Positions 9,019 through 17,412 of a stretch of 39,831 nucleotides of DNA are shown in pieces. The stretch is from Candidatus Dormiibacterota bacterium (GTDB lineage Bacteria > Chloroflexota > Limnocylindria > QHBO01). The stretch lies in the NCBI GenBank assembly GCA_035632895.1, contig DASQFY010000136.1, positions 1 to 39,831 of the forward strand. The letters run 5' to 3'. Position 1 is the first letter of the stretch. Each line of letters opens with the position of its first letter. The notes beneath the pieces were generated by a model that searched no databases, was not told the origin of the DNA, and worked only from the letters and a program-made list of their open reading frames with translations. The position numbers were made by a program, and so were the translations under genes.

Positions 9019-10005
9019 CTAGCCCATCTCCTCCAGAGCGACCAGCACGGGCGGCAGGTCGCGCGGGAGGAGCCTGGTGGCGAGATCGTCAGCCAGCTCA
9101 CCGATGACGGCGTCGCTCGCCTCGGCCAGATCGTGCCCGGCGCCAGGCAGGAGGCGTCGATCGGGCTCGTTGCCCGCCTCGGTAAGGGCTTCGGCCAGCA
9201 GCATCGATTCGTCCGGGTCGCTCCAGCGGTCGGCCGCGCCGTGAACCAGCGTGACGGACCGATGGAGCATCGTGGCCAGCGCCCGGCCAGGCGTGTGGAT
9301 GGCCTGCTCCACGCCGGAGAGCTCCACGCGCACCCGCACGCCGCCTGGCAGCGGCAGGTCGAAGAATGCCTCGCGGCGCTCGGCACGCTCGATCAGGTCC
9401 TCGCTCCAGCGGTCGAGCGCAGCCACGATTGGGTGCTCCCGATCGGCGTTGGATCGCGCCCTGGCTGCGACGCCACGGCGCAGCACGTCGCGCCATGGCC
9501 GAGCGGCGGGACCGATGAGGGTCAAGGCCCCGACTGCGGGGTCCCCCACGGCCACCGCCAGTGCAACGGTGGCGCCCTCGCCGTGCCCAACCATGCCAGC
9601 CCGCCGGAGGTCGAGCTCGCCATGAGAGCGCATGGCCGCGAGCGTGTCGCGCGCGTCATCGATCTTGGTGAAGAGCGGCACCGCCTCCCACACCCCGTCG
9701 GATGCGCCACAGCCGCGTGGGTCAGCGCGCATCGAGGCGACGCCGCGCACCGCCAGAGCATCGGCCAGGCGGGCGAGGAGGCCGGGCTGCGTCGTTCCGG
9801 AGGCATACCAGGTGGGATGGCCGGCGCGATCCCAGTCGCCGTCGCGGCCTCGGGCCAGCCAGGAGGGGAGGAGCAGCACGTTCGGATAGCGCGCCCGTCG
9901 ATCCGCATGCGGAGGTGACTCGGGTACTGTCAGGGTTGCCGCCAGCGAGACGTCGCCGGCGCGGATGGTGAGCTCCTCCGAGCGAGCCATGGCACGAGGG
10001 TACAC
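9019..10005 (-). CDS. Alpha/beta-hydrolase-fold protein whose nucleophile elbow reads GHGEG (Ser replaced by Gly)
   Basis: Fold-typical layout: the elbow MVGHGEGATVALA, a late acid in LVHGAADRWSDPD, and a His in LPGAGHDLAE. Confidence 0.65.
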   Translation of the reverse strand: MYPRAMARSEELTIRAGDVSLAATLTVPESPPHADRRARYPNVLLLPSWLARGRDGDWDRAGHPTWYASGTTQPGLLARLADALAVRGVASMRADPRGCGASDGVWEAVPLFTKIDDARDTLAAMRSHGELDLRRAGMVGHGEGATVALAVAVGDPAVGALTLIGPAARPWRDVLRRGVAARARSNADREHPIVAALDRWSEDLIERAERREAFFDLPLPGGVRVRVELSGVEQAIHTPGRALATMLHRSVTLVHGAADRWSDPDESMLLAEALTEAGNEPDRRLLPGAGHDLAEASDAVIGELADDLATRLLPRDLPPVLVALEEMG

Positions 10006-10011
10006 TCGCGC

Positions 10012-10815
10012 TCAGCCGAGCAGGAAGCGCCAGCTGCCGACCGCAACGCTCGCCGCCACCGCGACCGCTCCGAGGCCGGCGGCAAGACCGAGCAGGATCC
10101 AGTCGCGATTCTCCATCGTCTGCGGCCGAGCGATGGTGCGACACGGGCGCGATCCGAAGCCACGCGCCTCCATGGCGGTCGCCAGCCGCGTCCCACGCCG
10201 CACCGCGCCGACGAGGAGGGCCAGCAGCTGGCCGAAGAAGAGTCGCATGGCCGCCAGCGGCGAGCGCCCCGCGGCGACGCCGCGCGCCCGGCGCGCGAGC
10301 GCCAGCGTCTGCCACTCGTCGGCCATGATCGGTAGCAGGCGAGCGCCCGCCAGTGCGCCGATCGCAAAGCGCGGCGAGAGGTGCAGCTGCTGCACGAGCG
10401 CGTCGGCCAGCCGGGTCGGATCGGTGGTGACCAGCGCCAGCACGCCCGAAAGGGCGATCGCCAGCAGCCGCAGGCCGAGGCCCAGCCCGGCCTCCAGGTT
10501 GTCGGCGCCGATCGCGAGCGGCCCGATGACCAACGCGACGGCGCCGCCCTGCTCGGCCGCCAACACCGCGTTCAGCACGCCGACCGCGAGGGCGGCCACC
10601 AGGATCGGCCAGGTTCGGCCAAGCAGGTCGCGCGGCGCCAGGCCGGTCATCGGGATCGTCCCGAGGAGGCCGCCGAGCACGATCGCCGATGTCAGCGGGT
10701 CGACCGAAACGAAGAGGATCGCCATGAGCAGCGCAGCTGCGCCCAGCTTCGCCATCGGGTTGGCACGCGCCAGCGCGGCGCGTGGGTCGGGTCGCAGCGG
10801 CGTGAAGAGCCTCAC
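10012..10815 (-). CDS. ykoC: ECF transporter transmembrane (T) component, CbiQ/EcfT family
   Basis: Multi-TM protein with ARRARGV and AMEARGF (Ala-Arg-Gly) coupling motifs. Its GTG start overlaps the ATPase stop (GTGA). Confidence 0.8.
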   Translation of the reverse strand: MRLFTPLRPDPRAALARANPMAKLGAAALLMAILFVSVDPLTSAIVLGGLLGTIPMTGLAPRDLLGRTWPILVAALAVGVLNAVLAAEQGGAVALVIGPLAIGADNLEAGLGLGLRLLAIALSGVLALVTTDPTRLADALVQQLHLSPRFAIGALAGARLLPIMADEWQTLALARRARGVAAGRSPLAAMRLFFGQLLALLVGAVRRGTRLATAMEARGFGSRPCRTIARPQTMENRDWILLGLAAGLGAVAVAASVAVGSWRFLLG

Positions 10816-12308
10816 CGCGAGAGCCTGATGGCAGGATTCGCGTCCGGCCGTGTCAGCCGCAGCCGCCGGTCGGAAAGGGCGCTGGCGAAGTCGCGGTCGT
10901 GCGTCACGAAGCAGATGGCACGGCCCGCGTCGCGCAGCCCGGCCAGGAGCTCGAGCAGCTCGATGGCGGTGCGGCGGTCCTGCCCGAAGGTCGGCTCGTC
11001 CAGGATGACGACCGATGGGCCGGTTGCCAGCGCGGTTGCGACCGAGAGTCGGCGTTGCTCTCCCCCGGACAGGGTGAACGGGTTGGCGTCGGCCAGGTGG
11101 GTAAGGTGCAGGCGCATCAAGAGCTCATCGGCGCGGCGGTTGGCGGTGCGTCGATCCAGCCCGGCGCGCCTCGGTCCGAGCGTGAGCTCGTCATGCACGC
11201 GCCCGGTGAGGAATTGGTGCTCCGGGTCTTGGAAGACGATCCCGATGCGCGTCACCAGCTCCCGCGCCGACCAGCGCCAGATCGGCTCGTGGCCCCGTCC
11301 ACGGGCGAGCGCCTCGCCGGCCACCACGGCACCCGCGGTCGGGCGCAACAGGCCCGCCAGCAGCAGGGCCAGGGTCGACTTGCCGCTGCCGTTCGGTCCT
11401 GTGATCGCCAGCGCCTCGCCAGAGCGCACCTGTACGTCGGTGCGGGCCAGAGCCGGGACGGCAGACCCGGGATAGCGGAACGTGACCTGCTCGGCGAGGA
11501 GCATCGTCTCGGGCGCTGGACGGACCCGAACGCGCGGGGCGGGCAGCCGGCGATCGGGCACCCAGACGCCCGCCTCAGCCAGCTCGTCGCCGTATCGAGC
11601 AAAGACCTCGTGCGGCGAACCGTCCGCGATCACACCGCCGCCGGGCCGCAGCGCCACGGCGCGGGTGACGAGCGGGATCGCCTCAGCGACACGATGCTCG
11701 ACCAGCACCATCGTGAGGGCGAGCCGGTCCAGGACCTGGGCCAGCACCGCGCGGACCTGCGTGGCGCCGTCCGCATCCAGGTTGGCGGTCGGCTCGTCCA
11801 GTAGCAGGAGGCCCGGTCGGAGGGCCAGCACGCCGGCGAGGGCGAGGAGCTGCTGCTCGCCGCCCGACAGCGCGTCGGTCGGTCGACCGCGACCGTACCG
11901 GAAGCCGACCGCCTCGAGCGCCGCATCGACGCGCGGCCAGATCGCCTCAGTCGGGAGGCATCGGTTCTCGAGCCCGAAGGCCACGTCGTCGCCCGCGCGG
12001 GCCATGGCGATCTGTGAGCCCGGGTCCTGGAAGACAATCCCGGTCCGATCGCGTGCCGCGCGCGGGTCGAGGCCATCCACCCGCAGCTTCCCCTCCTGCT
12101 CGCCCGCGCCGCGCGGTTCAAGCAGGCCGGCCAGGGCGAGGAGCAGGGTCGACTTCCCCGCCCCCGACGGCCCGAGCAGCAGGACGCGCTCGCCCGGCTC
12201 GATCCGCAGGTCGACGCCGCGCAGGGCCCACGCGTGGCGGCCGGCGTGGCGCCAGCCCCAGCCGCGCGCCTCCAGCGCCGCGGGAGCCGCCGGTGCCGAC
12301 GGGCTCAG
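10812..12308 (-). CDS. ykoD: Fused duplicated ECF/ABC ATPase (EcfA1-EcfA2 type)
   Basis: Two ABC modules. The first has GPSGAGKST (encoded at about 12150-12176, upstream of the ORF-track start 12080), LSGGEQQ and LLLLDEPT. The second has GPNGSGKST, LSGGEQRR and VVILDEPT. The 5' end is placed at CTG 12306-12308 because the frame has no ATG/GTG/TTG upstream of 12080. The start is uncertain. Confidence 0.8.
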   Translation of the reverse strand: MSPSAPAAPAALEARGWGWRHAGRHAWALRGVDLRIEPGERVLLLGPSGAGKSTLLLALAGLLEPRGAGEQEGKLRVDGLDPRAARDRTGIVFQDPGSQIAMARAGDDVAFGLENRCLPTEAIWPRVDAALEAVGFRYGRGRPTDALSGGEQQLLALAGVLALRPGLLLLDEPTANLDADGATQVRAVLAQVLDRLALTMVLVEHRVAEAIPLVTRAVALRPGGGVIADGSPHEVFARYGDELAEAGVWVPDRRLPAPRVRVRPAPETMLLAEQVTFRYPGSAVPALARTDVQVRSGEALAITGPNGSGKSTLALLLAGLLRPTAGAVVAGEALARGRGHEPIWRWSARELVTRIGIVFQDPEHQFLTGRVHDELTLGPRRAGLDRRTANRRADELLMRLHLTHLADANPFTLSGGEQRRLSVATALATGPSVVILDEPTFGQDRRTAIELLELLAGLRDAGRAICFVTHDRDFASALSDRRLRLTRPDANPAIRLSR

Positions 12309-12312
12309 CGGA

Positions 12313-12906
12313 TCAGACCTCAGGCTGCTCGCCGCCGGACGGGAACGCGCTGAGGACCCCCGCTCGCGCCAGGGCGCGCACCAACAGCCACGAGCCGAGG
12401 CCGGCGATCAGGGCCGCGCTCGGGATGACGAGGCCGGCGAATGCCACCTGCCATGACGCGGCCCAGTTGGGATAGAACAGGACCAGGTCCAGGAGCACCG
12501 CGGCGGCGCCGGCCGCCGCCCCCGCCAGCAGGGCCGTCGGCAGCCCCCAGCGTCGGTAGAGACCGAAGGCGAAGATCAACTCGGCGGCTCCTCCCTGCAT
12601 CAGGCCGTAGACGATGGTGAGGAGCCCCCATTGCGCGCCCATTAGTGCCGACACCGAGGCCGCTATCCCCTCGCCCAGCAGGGCAGCCCCGGGCCGGCGC
12701 ACGATCAGTGGCACCAGCACGGCCGGCAGCAGCCAGATGCCGTACATGAAGCCCTGCAACGGTGGGAAGGCCGCGAACGCGGGCCCGCTGGCCGCCCAGA
12801 GCAGGTTCCAGGCCTGGAAGACCGCTCCGAACGTGACGGCCAGGACGGCCGCCACCACGATGTCGACGACCCGCCATCCGTCGCGAGACTGACTCCAGGC
12901 TGTCAT
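12313..12906 (-). CDS. ykoE: ECF transporter substrate-specific (S) component, YkoE/HmpT-like (thiamine precursor)
   Basis: ORF trimmed to ATG 12904-12906 (MTAWSQSRDGWRVVDIVVAAVLAV...), which overlaps the thiN stop as ATGA. About six TM helices. The segment GFMYGIWLLPAVLVPLIVRRPGAALLGE resembles my recollection of B. subtilis YkoE. Confidence 0.7.
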   Translation of the reverse strand: MTAWSQSRDGWRVVDIVVAAVLAVTFGAVFQAWNLLWAASGPAFAAFPPLQGFMYGIWLLPAVLVPLIVRRPGAALLGEGIAASVSALMGAQWGLLTIVYGLMQGGAAELIFAFGLYRRWGLPTALLAGAAAGAAAVLLDLVLFYPNWAASWQVAFAGLVIPSAALIAGLGSWLLVRALARAGVLSAFPSGGEQPEV

Positions 12907-13562
12907 GAATCGCCACCTTCGCTGGCCATTTCGATGACAAGGAGCGTGCCGCGTTCGAGCCAGACCGATGCCGGAGTACCGATCACCTCGTTCGAGAGAC
13001 CGCGCGAACGACCGAAGTCGAGCGCCTCCCCATCGAGCGCGTAGCGCAGGCCATCGGTTCGGATGCCTTCGGCTCGGCCGCCTATCGGCAGCAGCGTGAC
13101 GAGGTCGCCAACGGTGCCCGCCAGGCTCAGCCGTTCCCCGCCGTGCAGGGCACGTGCCACCGTGCCCCCGCGCACGATTCGCAGGTCGCGGACCGCGCCG
13201 CGCCACCCCGGGTCGGCCAGCATCAGCAGGTTCGCGAGCTCGTGGTCGAGCCGCTGCCCGCCCAGGGCGCCGAGCACAATGACCTCGTCCGCCCCCGAGG
13301 CGACGGCCCGGCCGAGCGCCAGCTCGGCGTCCGAGGCCCCCTTTTCGGTGGGATGCCGTTCGACCGTGACGCCGTCGTCGGCCAGCTGCTCAACGACCGC
13401 CGGCTCAACGGAATCGAGGTCGCCGAGGAGGACGTCGGGACGGACGCCGATCGCGGCGAGCCATCGCCCACCGCCGTCGGCGGCCACCACCAGGTCGGCA
13501 TTCGCCAGGTGTGCGGCATCGCGCGCGTCCGGCTCGCCGCTGGCGACCACGACCGCTTTCAC
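12903..13562 (-). CDS. thiN: Thiamine pyrophosphokinase
   Basis: ORF trimmed to GTG 13560-13562, which has AGGAGG 9 nt upstream. Sequence VKAVVVASGEP...LLGDLDSV...EKGASDAELAL...GALGGQRLDHELANL. Confidence 0.85.
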   Translation of the reverse strand: MKAVVVASGEPDARDAAHLANADLVVAADGGGRWLAAIGVRPDVLLGDLDSVEPAVVEQLADDGVTVERHPTEKGASDAELALGRAVASGADEVIVLGALGGQRLDHELANLLMLADPGWRGAVRDLRIVRGGTVARALHGGERLSLAGTVGDLVTLLPIGGRAEGIRTDGLRYALDGEALDFGRSRGLSNEVIGTPASVWLERGTLLVIEMASEGGDS

Positions 13563-13675
13563 GCTGTCGCTCCTCCTGCCGCGCCGCCGAGATGGGCGGT
13601 TCGGCGCCTGCATCGGTCCCGCAAACCACGAACGGCGCACCCGCTCGTTGGGGGCACGCCGTCGCACCGTTCAAA

Positions 13676-13768
13676 CCGACTCCCTTCGCTGGCATGACCC
13701 AGATCAGGTTCGAGGGTCTGCGGTCCTCCGCACTCTCAGCGCTGTCGCGCTCCCCTGTCGTTCTTGGG
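13676..13768 (-). ncRNA. TPP (THI-box) riboswitch aptamer
   Basis: The minus strand reads GGGGAGCGCGACAGCGCUGAGAGUGCGGAGGACCGCAGACCCUCGAACCUGAUCUGGGUCAUGCCAGCGAAGGGAG. It carries the invariant CUGAGA, ACCUGAUCUGG..AUGCCAGCG and AGGGA elements. It lies about 115 nt upstream of thiN. Confidence 0.9.
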
Positions 13769-13830
13769 TTGTCACCAACGAGCGTAGCACGCGCGCGAGC
13801 CTGCCGCGATCACCGGCCCCTTCATCCAGC

Positions 13831-14280
13831 TCAAGGCTGATCGAGACGAACCTCGATTCCGGTTCCGTCTCCGTCGCGGGTGAGCACCAGCTGCCAGATC
13901 GCGGTTCCGGGCACCTCAAAACGAATGATTGCCACCGCGCCGCCAGGATAGAGGCCCATGGTCGGGTAGCCGGCGGCGGGCAGCGCCTCGATGTAGTAGT
14001 CATAGGCGACCGAGCCGATCTCGTCGCTCGTCCAACGGGCGATGGTCGAGAGGTCGTCGTCGGGCACCGCTTCCGACCTCGCCCCGGGCAGCACCGGGAA
14101 GCCGTCCGGCAGCGCGGGACGCTCGACCGGGATGGCCGAAACCACTGACGGCGAGGCCACCGCCTCGGTCGGCGTTGAAGCCTCTCCGCCCTCGGGGGCC
14201 GCGCCAGGCTCGCATGCGGCGACGCCGCAGACCAGCAGCAGCAGCAGCAGGACGGTTTGTCGTGGCTGGCAGCGCCGCAT
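13831..14280 (-). CDS. Hypothetical lipoprotein
   Basis: MRRCQPRQTVLLLLLLVCGVAAC signal peptide with lipobox. High GC3 and non-shadow amino-acid composition. Confidence 0.65.
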   Translation of the reverse strand: MRRCQPRQTVLLLLLLVCGVAACEPGAAPEGGEASTPTEAVASPSVVSAIPVERPALPDGFPVLPGARSEAVPDDDLSTIARWTSDEIGSVAYDYYIEALPAAGYPTMGLYPGGAVAIIRFEVPGTAIWQLVLTRDGDGTGIEVRLDQP

Positions 14281-14341
14281 GGCTGTTCTCCTCCGATCGC
14301 GGTGTTGTGGGACGGCCGCGGGCGCGGCCGCCCCGACGGCA

Positions 14342-15340
14342 TCACTCGGTCAGGTTGGTGACCACGATCGGGATGTAGTAGCCACCGAGGTGGCCGTGGT
14401 CGAACCAGCGGAGGCCCTCGGAGATGAGGTTGAACGTCTCGCGGTAGCTGCCGGGTGACGCCGCACCGCGCAGCCCGAAGGTGAATCGGCCGGTGCCGTT
14501 CGGCGACACCGCGGCATGGTCGACCGGCGTGGCGAGCCAGCTGGATGGCCAGTCGGAAGCTCGGAATCGGCTTGCGTGCTTCGCCGGGTTCCAGGTGCCG
14601 AGGGCGATCCTCCCCGGATACCCGGCGCTCCGCCAGGTTCGACCGCCGACGTTTCGGAATTCGACCCAGTGAGTGATCGTGCGCCCCCTCTGAATCACTT
14701 CGGTGCCCGGGTTGCTTTCGCGCACGTAGCTGGCCAGGAACGGAACGCGCGGCGGCCAGGTGGTGTACAGGCGAGCCGGCAGCGGATCGACCCAGACCAG
14801 GTTCTGACCCTGTTCGACCAGCAGCTCGAAATGCAGGTGCGGCCCGTTGCAGATGCCGCTGCATCCGGATAGGCCGAGCCATTGGCCGGCCGATACGGCC
14901 TGGTTCACCGCCACCACGATGCCGCCGTCGACGGCGCTGGCGAGGTGGTAATACAGCGTGTGCCGCCCATCCGCGTGGCGGACCTGCACGAAGTTGCCGA
15001 ACTCGCCGAACTCCTGCGTCCCGAAGCCGCCCTCCAGATCGACCACGATCCCGCCCTTCGCCGCGGCCAGCTGCGTGCGCAGAGCCATCGGGTAATCGGC
15101 CCCGGTGTGGTTGTCGTACACGCGACCCCAGTGGGGCGTCCCGTCATTCCAGGTGTGCCCCGTCCAATCGAGCTGGACACCGGGCCGCGGGTCGCGGTCG
15201 ACCCCGTAGCTCAAGGTCACGCCCGGGCTGTAGTAGGGCAGGGTGTAGTCGCCGATGGCGAGCGCGGCGCCGGCGCCCACCAGCAGGATGGCAATGGCGG
15301 CCAGGACCGATGTCGTGGCCACCCGCGCGAGGCGGGTCAT
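14342..15340 (-). CDS. M23 (LytM-type) metallopeptidase with a Trp-rich C-terminal domain
   Basis: ORF trimmed to ATG 15338-15340 (MTRLARVATTSVLAAIAILLV, a TM/signal segment), which overlaps the upstream stop as ATGA. Motifs HTGADY (HxxxD) and GPHLHFE (HxH). The C-terminal roughly 120 aa are Trp-rich and may form an Ig-like/NBR1-type domain. Confidence 0.85.
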   Translation of the reverse strand: MTRLARVATTSVLAAIAILLVGAGAALAIGDYTLPYYSPGVTLSYGVDRDPRPGVQLDWTGHTWNDGTPHWGRVYDNHTGADYPMALRTQLAAAKGGIVVDLEGGFGTQEFGEFGNFVQVRHADGRHTLYYHLASAVDGGIVVAVNQAVSAGQWLGLSGCSGICNGPHLHFELLVEQGQNLVWVDPLPARLYTTWPPRVPFLASYVRESNPGTEVIQRGRTITHWVEFRNVGGRTWRSAGYPGRIALGTWNPAKHASRFRASDWPSSWLATPVDHAAVSPNGTGRFTFGLRGAASPGSYRETFNLISEGLRWFDHGHLGGYYIPIVVTNLTE

Positions 15341-16389
15341 GGCCGGCACCCCCATCCGCAGCCCGCGAACGCAGCGTGGCCCGAGAACCGTGCGAGGCGC
15401 GAACCGTCGAGTCCGAGGAGCACCGTTCCGCCGCCATCGACCACGAGCAGCGACTTCCCGTCCGTGCTCAGGCGCGGATGCGAACCGGATGCGATACGAC
15501 GCGCGGATCCAGTCGGCGGTTCGAGCAGGTAGACGCCGTCGCCGTGCCGCTCCCACGCGATGCGGCCGGCGTCAGACGACACGGAGACGTGGATCGCGCC
15601 GGGGCCAAGGTCCGCGAGCCGCCTCGTGCCTGCCGGCGTCAGGAGGTTGACGACCATCCCGGCCGGTTCGTGGGCGATGACCGCGATGGAACCGTCGGCA
15701 AGCAGGGTTGAGCCGTACACGAGCTTGTCCTCCGACAGCCTCGAGACCGATGGCGCGGCGGGGTCGAAGCGCACCAGGCGCGAGATGAAAGGCGCCTCGA
15801 CCGATGAAACCGCCGCCAGGAGCACGGTCCCGTCCGGCTCGACCGTGAGCGGACCGAGGAACGGACCGTCCGCCAGACGGGCGGCCGCCCCGCTGGCTGC
15901 GATCACCCTCCACAGCGCTCCGGCCCCGTCGATGACGGCCAACCACGAGCCATCGGGTGCGAACGCAGCCGCCAACAGGCCGGGCATGCCGAGGCGAAGC
16001 TGTGAGCCGTCCTTACGGGCAAGCGACAGCGTTGCCTGGACCAGGTCGATGCGGTCCGTGACGGCGGCCGTCGCACCGTCGGGCGCGACGGCCAGCACCC
16101 GGCCGGGCGCCGTGGTGCCCGCGAGCTGAACCTCGACCAGTCCCGGGTCGAGCTCGGGGTGACGAAAGAGGCTGATCGCCACACCAGCGCGCGCGGCATC
16201 GGTTGCGGTCAGGGCCGTGACGGCCGCGGGCGGCTCGGCGGACGCGACGCCCGCCGCGACCACTGCGAGTGCTATGGCCAGCGGCGCGAGTACGCCGGCG
16301 CGGCGCAACGCGCCGCGTGGACGATTGTGCACAGGCGTGCGAGGACGGACGGACATCGGGAACCTCCGTTGCGTGAAGCCAGGATTCAT
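15337..16389 (-). CDS. Secreted beta-propeller-like protein (TolB/PD40-like repeats)
   Basis: Signal peptide RRAGVLAPLAIALAVVAAGVASA. Repeated PDG/DGS-x-LAV/IAV blades (APDGSWLAVIDG, EPDGTVLLAA, ADGSIAVIAHE, STDGKSLLVVDG). The start could instead be the ATG at 16356. Confidence 0.6.
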   Translation of the reverse strand: MNPGFTQRRFPMSVRPRTPVHNRPRGALRRAGVLAPLAIALAVVAAGVASAEPPAAVTALTATDAARAGVAISLFRHPELDPGLVEVQLAGTTAPGRVLAVAPDGATAAVTDRIDLVQATLSLARKDGSQLRLGMPGLLAAAFAPDGSWLAVIDGAGALWRVIAASGAAARLADGPFLGPLTVEPDGTVLLAAVSSVEAPFISRLVRFDPAAPSVSRLSEDKLVYGSTLLADGSIAVIAHEPAGMVVNLLTPAGTRRLADLGPGAIHVSVSSDAGRIAWERHGDGVYLLEPPTGSARRIASGSHPRLSTDGKSLLVVDGGGTVLLGLDGSRLARFSGHAAFAGCGWGCRP

Positions 16390-16508
16390 GGCAGGCGACG
16401 GACGTTCGGTGGGCGGTGGGCCTCCTCGTATGCGGGCGGTTCGAATGCTGGGTCGGAGCCTAGCCAGCGACGCTTACCGGCCGCTTATCGGGCGATAATC
16501 GCCGCCGC

Positions 16509-17264
16509 ATGCCCGAATCCCTCCTGATGCCGCTCGTCCTATTGCTGGTCGGCGCGCTGCTGCTCGCGTCGGGAACCGTCGGGCTGCGGCGATCTGGCGC
16601 GCGGCCTGGCGTGGCGCGACGTCTCGCCGGCGCGCGTCAGGTGGCGGTGGGCGAGCTGCTGACCCTCGACCCGCTGCCGGGACGCGCCGTGCGCGTGGCG
16701 GGCCGCATCCGCTGCGCGGACCCGATCGTCACGCCGAACGACGATCGGCTGGTCGCGCTGCACCGTGACGTCGAGGTCCAGATGCCGGACGGCGGCTGGC
16801 GGACGATCGAGCGGGTGCGCGAGTCGCGCGGCTTCGAGCTATGGGATCACGCGGGCGCATTGCCGATGGACCCGGCGGAGGCGGCCGAGCCGCTGATCGT
16901 CATCCCGCATGTCTGGCGCGGCCCCCCGAGCGAGCTCGGGGTGGAGCACCGGGCCGCGCTGGCACGGCTCACGGTCGAAGGCGGTGATCCCCCCGTCGCA
17001 CGTTCTGTCACGCGCATGGTCAGCGTGGTCGAGCGCCTCCTCGTGCTGGCCGACGCGCGACGTGCGCCCGACGGCGAGGTCGCAATGGTCCCGCCGTCCG
17101 GTGGTTACCTGATCTCCGCCATGGCGCTCGACGATGCCATGCGGCTCCTCGGCGGATCGCGCAAGGGGCTCCTCCTGGCCTCGGCGACAGCCGTCGGGTT
17201 GGGCGTGGTACTTGCCCTGGTCGGCGCCGTCGTGCTGGCCGTCGTGCTCCTGCCAGCGGTCTGA
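16509..17264 (+). CDS. Hypothetical membrane protein with N- and C-terminal TM helices (GIDE-like topology)
   Basis: MPESLLMPLVLLLVGALLLASG at the N-terminus and GLGVVLALVGAVVLAVVLL at the C-terminus. High GC3. The family assignment is tentative. Confidence 0.55.
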   Translation: MPESLLMPLVLLLVGALLLASGTVGLRRSGARPGVARRLAGARQVAVGELLTLDPLPGRAVRVAGRIRCADPIVTPNDDRLVALHRDVEVQMPDGGWRTIERVRESRGFELWDHAGALPMDPAEAAEPLIVIPHVWRGPPSELGVEHRAALARLTVEGGDPPVARSVTRMVSVVERLLVLADARRAPDGEVAMVPPSGGYLISAMALDDAMRLLGGSRKGLLLASATAVGLGVVLALVGAVVLAVVLLPAV

Positions 17265-17412
17265 GCCGAGCGGTCGTACCCCCGGAAGCGGTACCAACGG
17301 GGCATCGAGCCGATGGGTCCCCACCTCTACCATCCGATCACCGGTTCCTAACAGAACTTCCATTGGCCAGGCAGCCGGGCGTTGGACTCAGTACAGGTAC
17401 GAGGCGCACCAG

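Noticed and set aside
13704-14882. 392-aa minus-strand ORF spanning the riboswitch, the lipoprotein gene and the 3' end of the M23 gene.
   Set aside because: It is out of frame with two well-supported genes and overlaps a TPP riboswitch. The sequence is Arg/Pro-rich and low-complexity.
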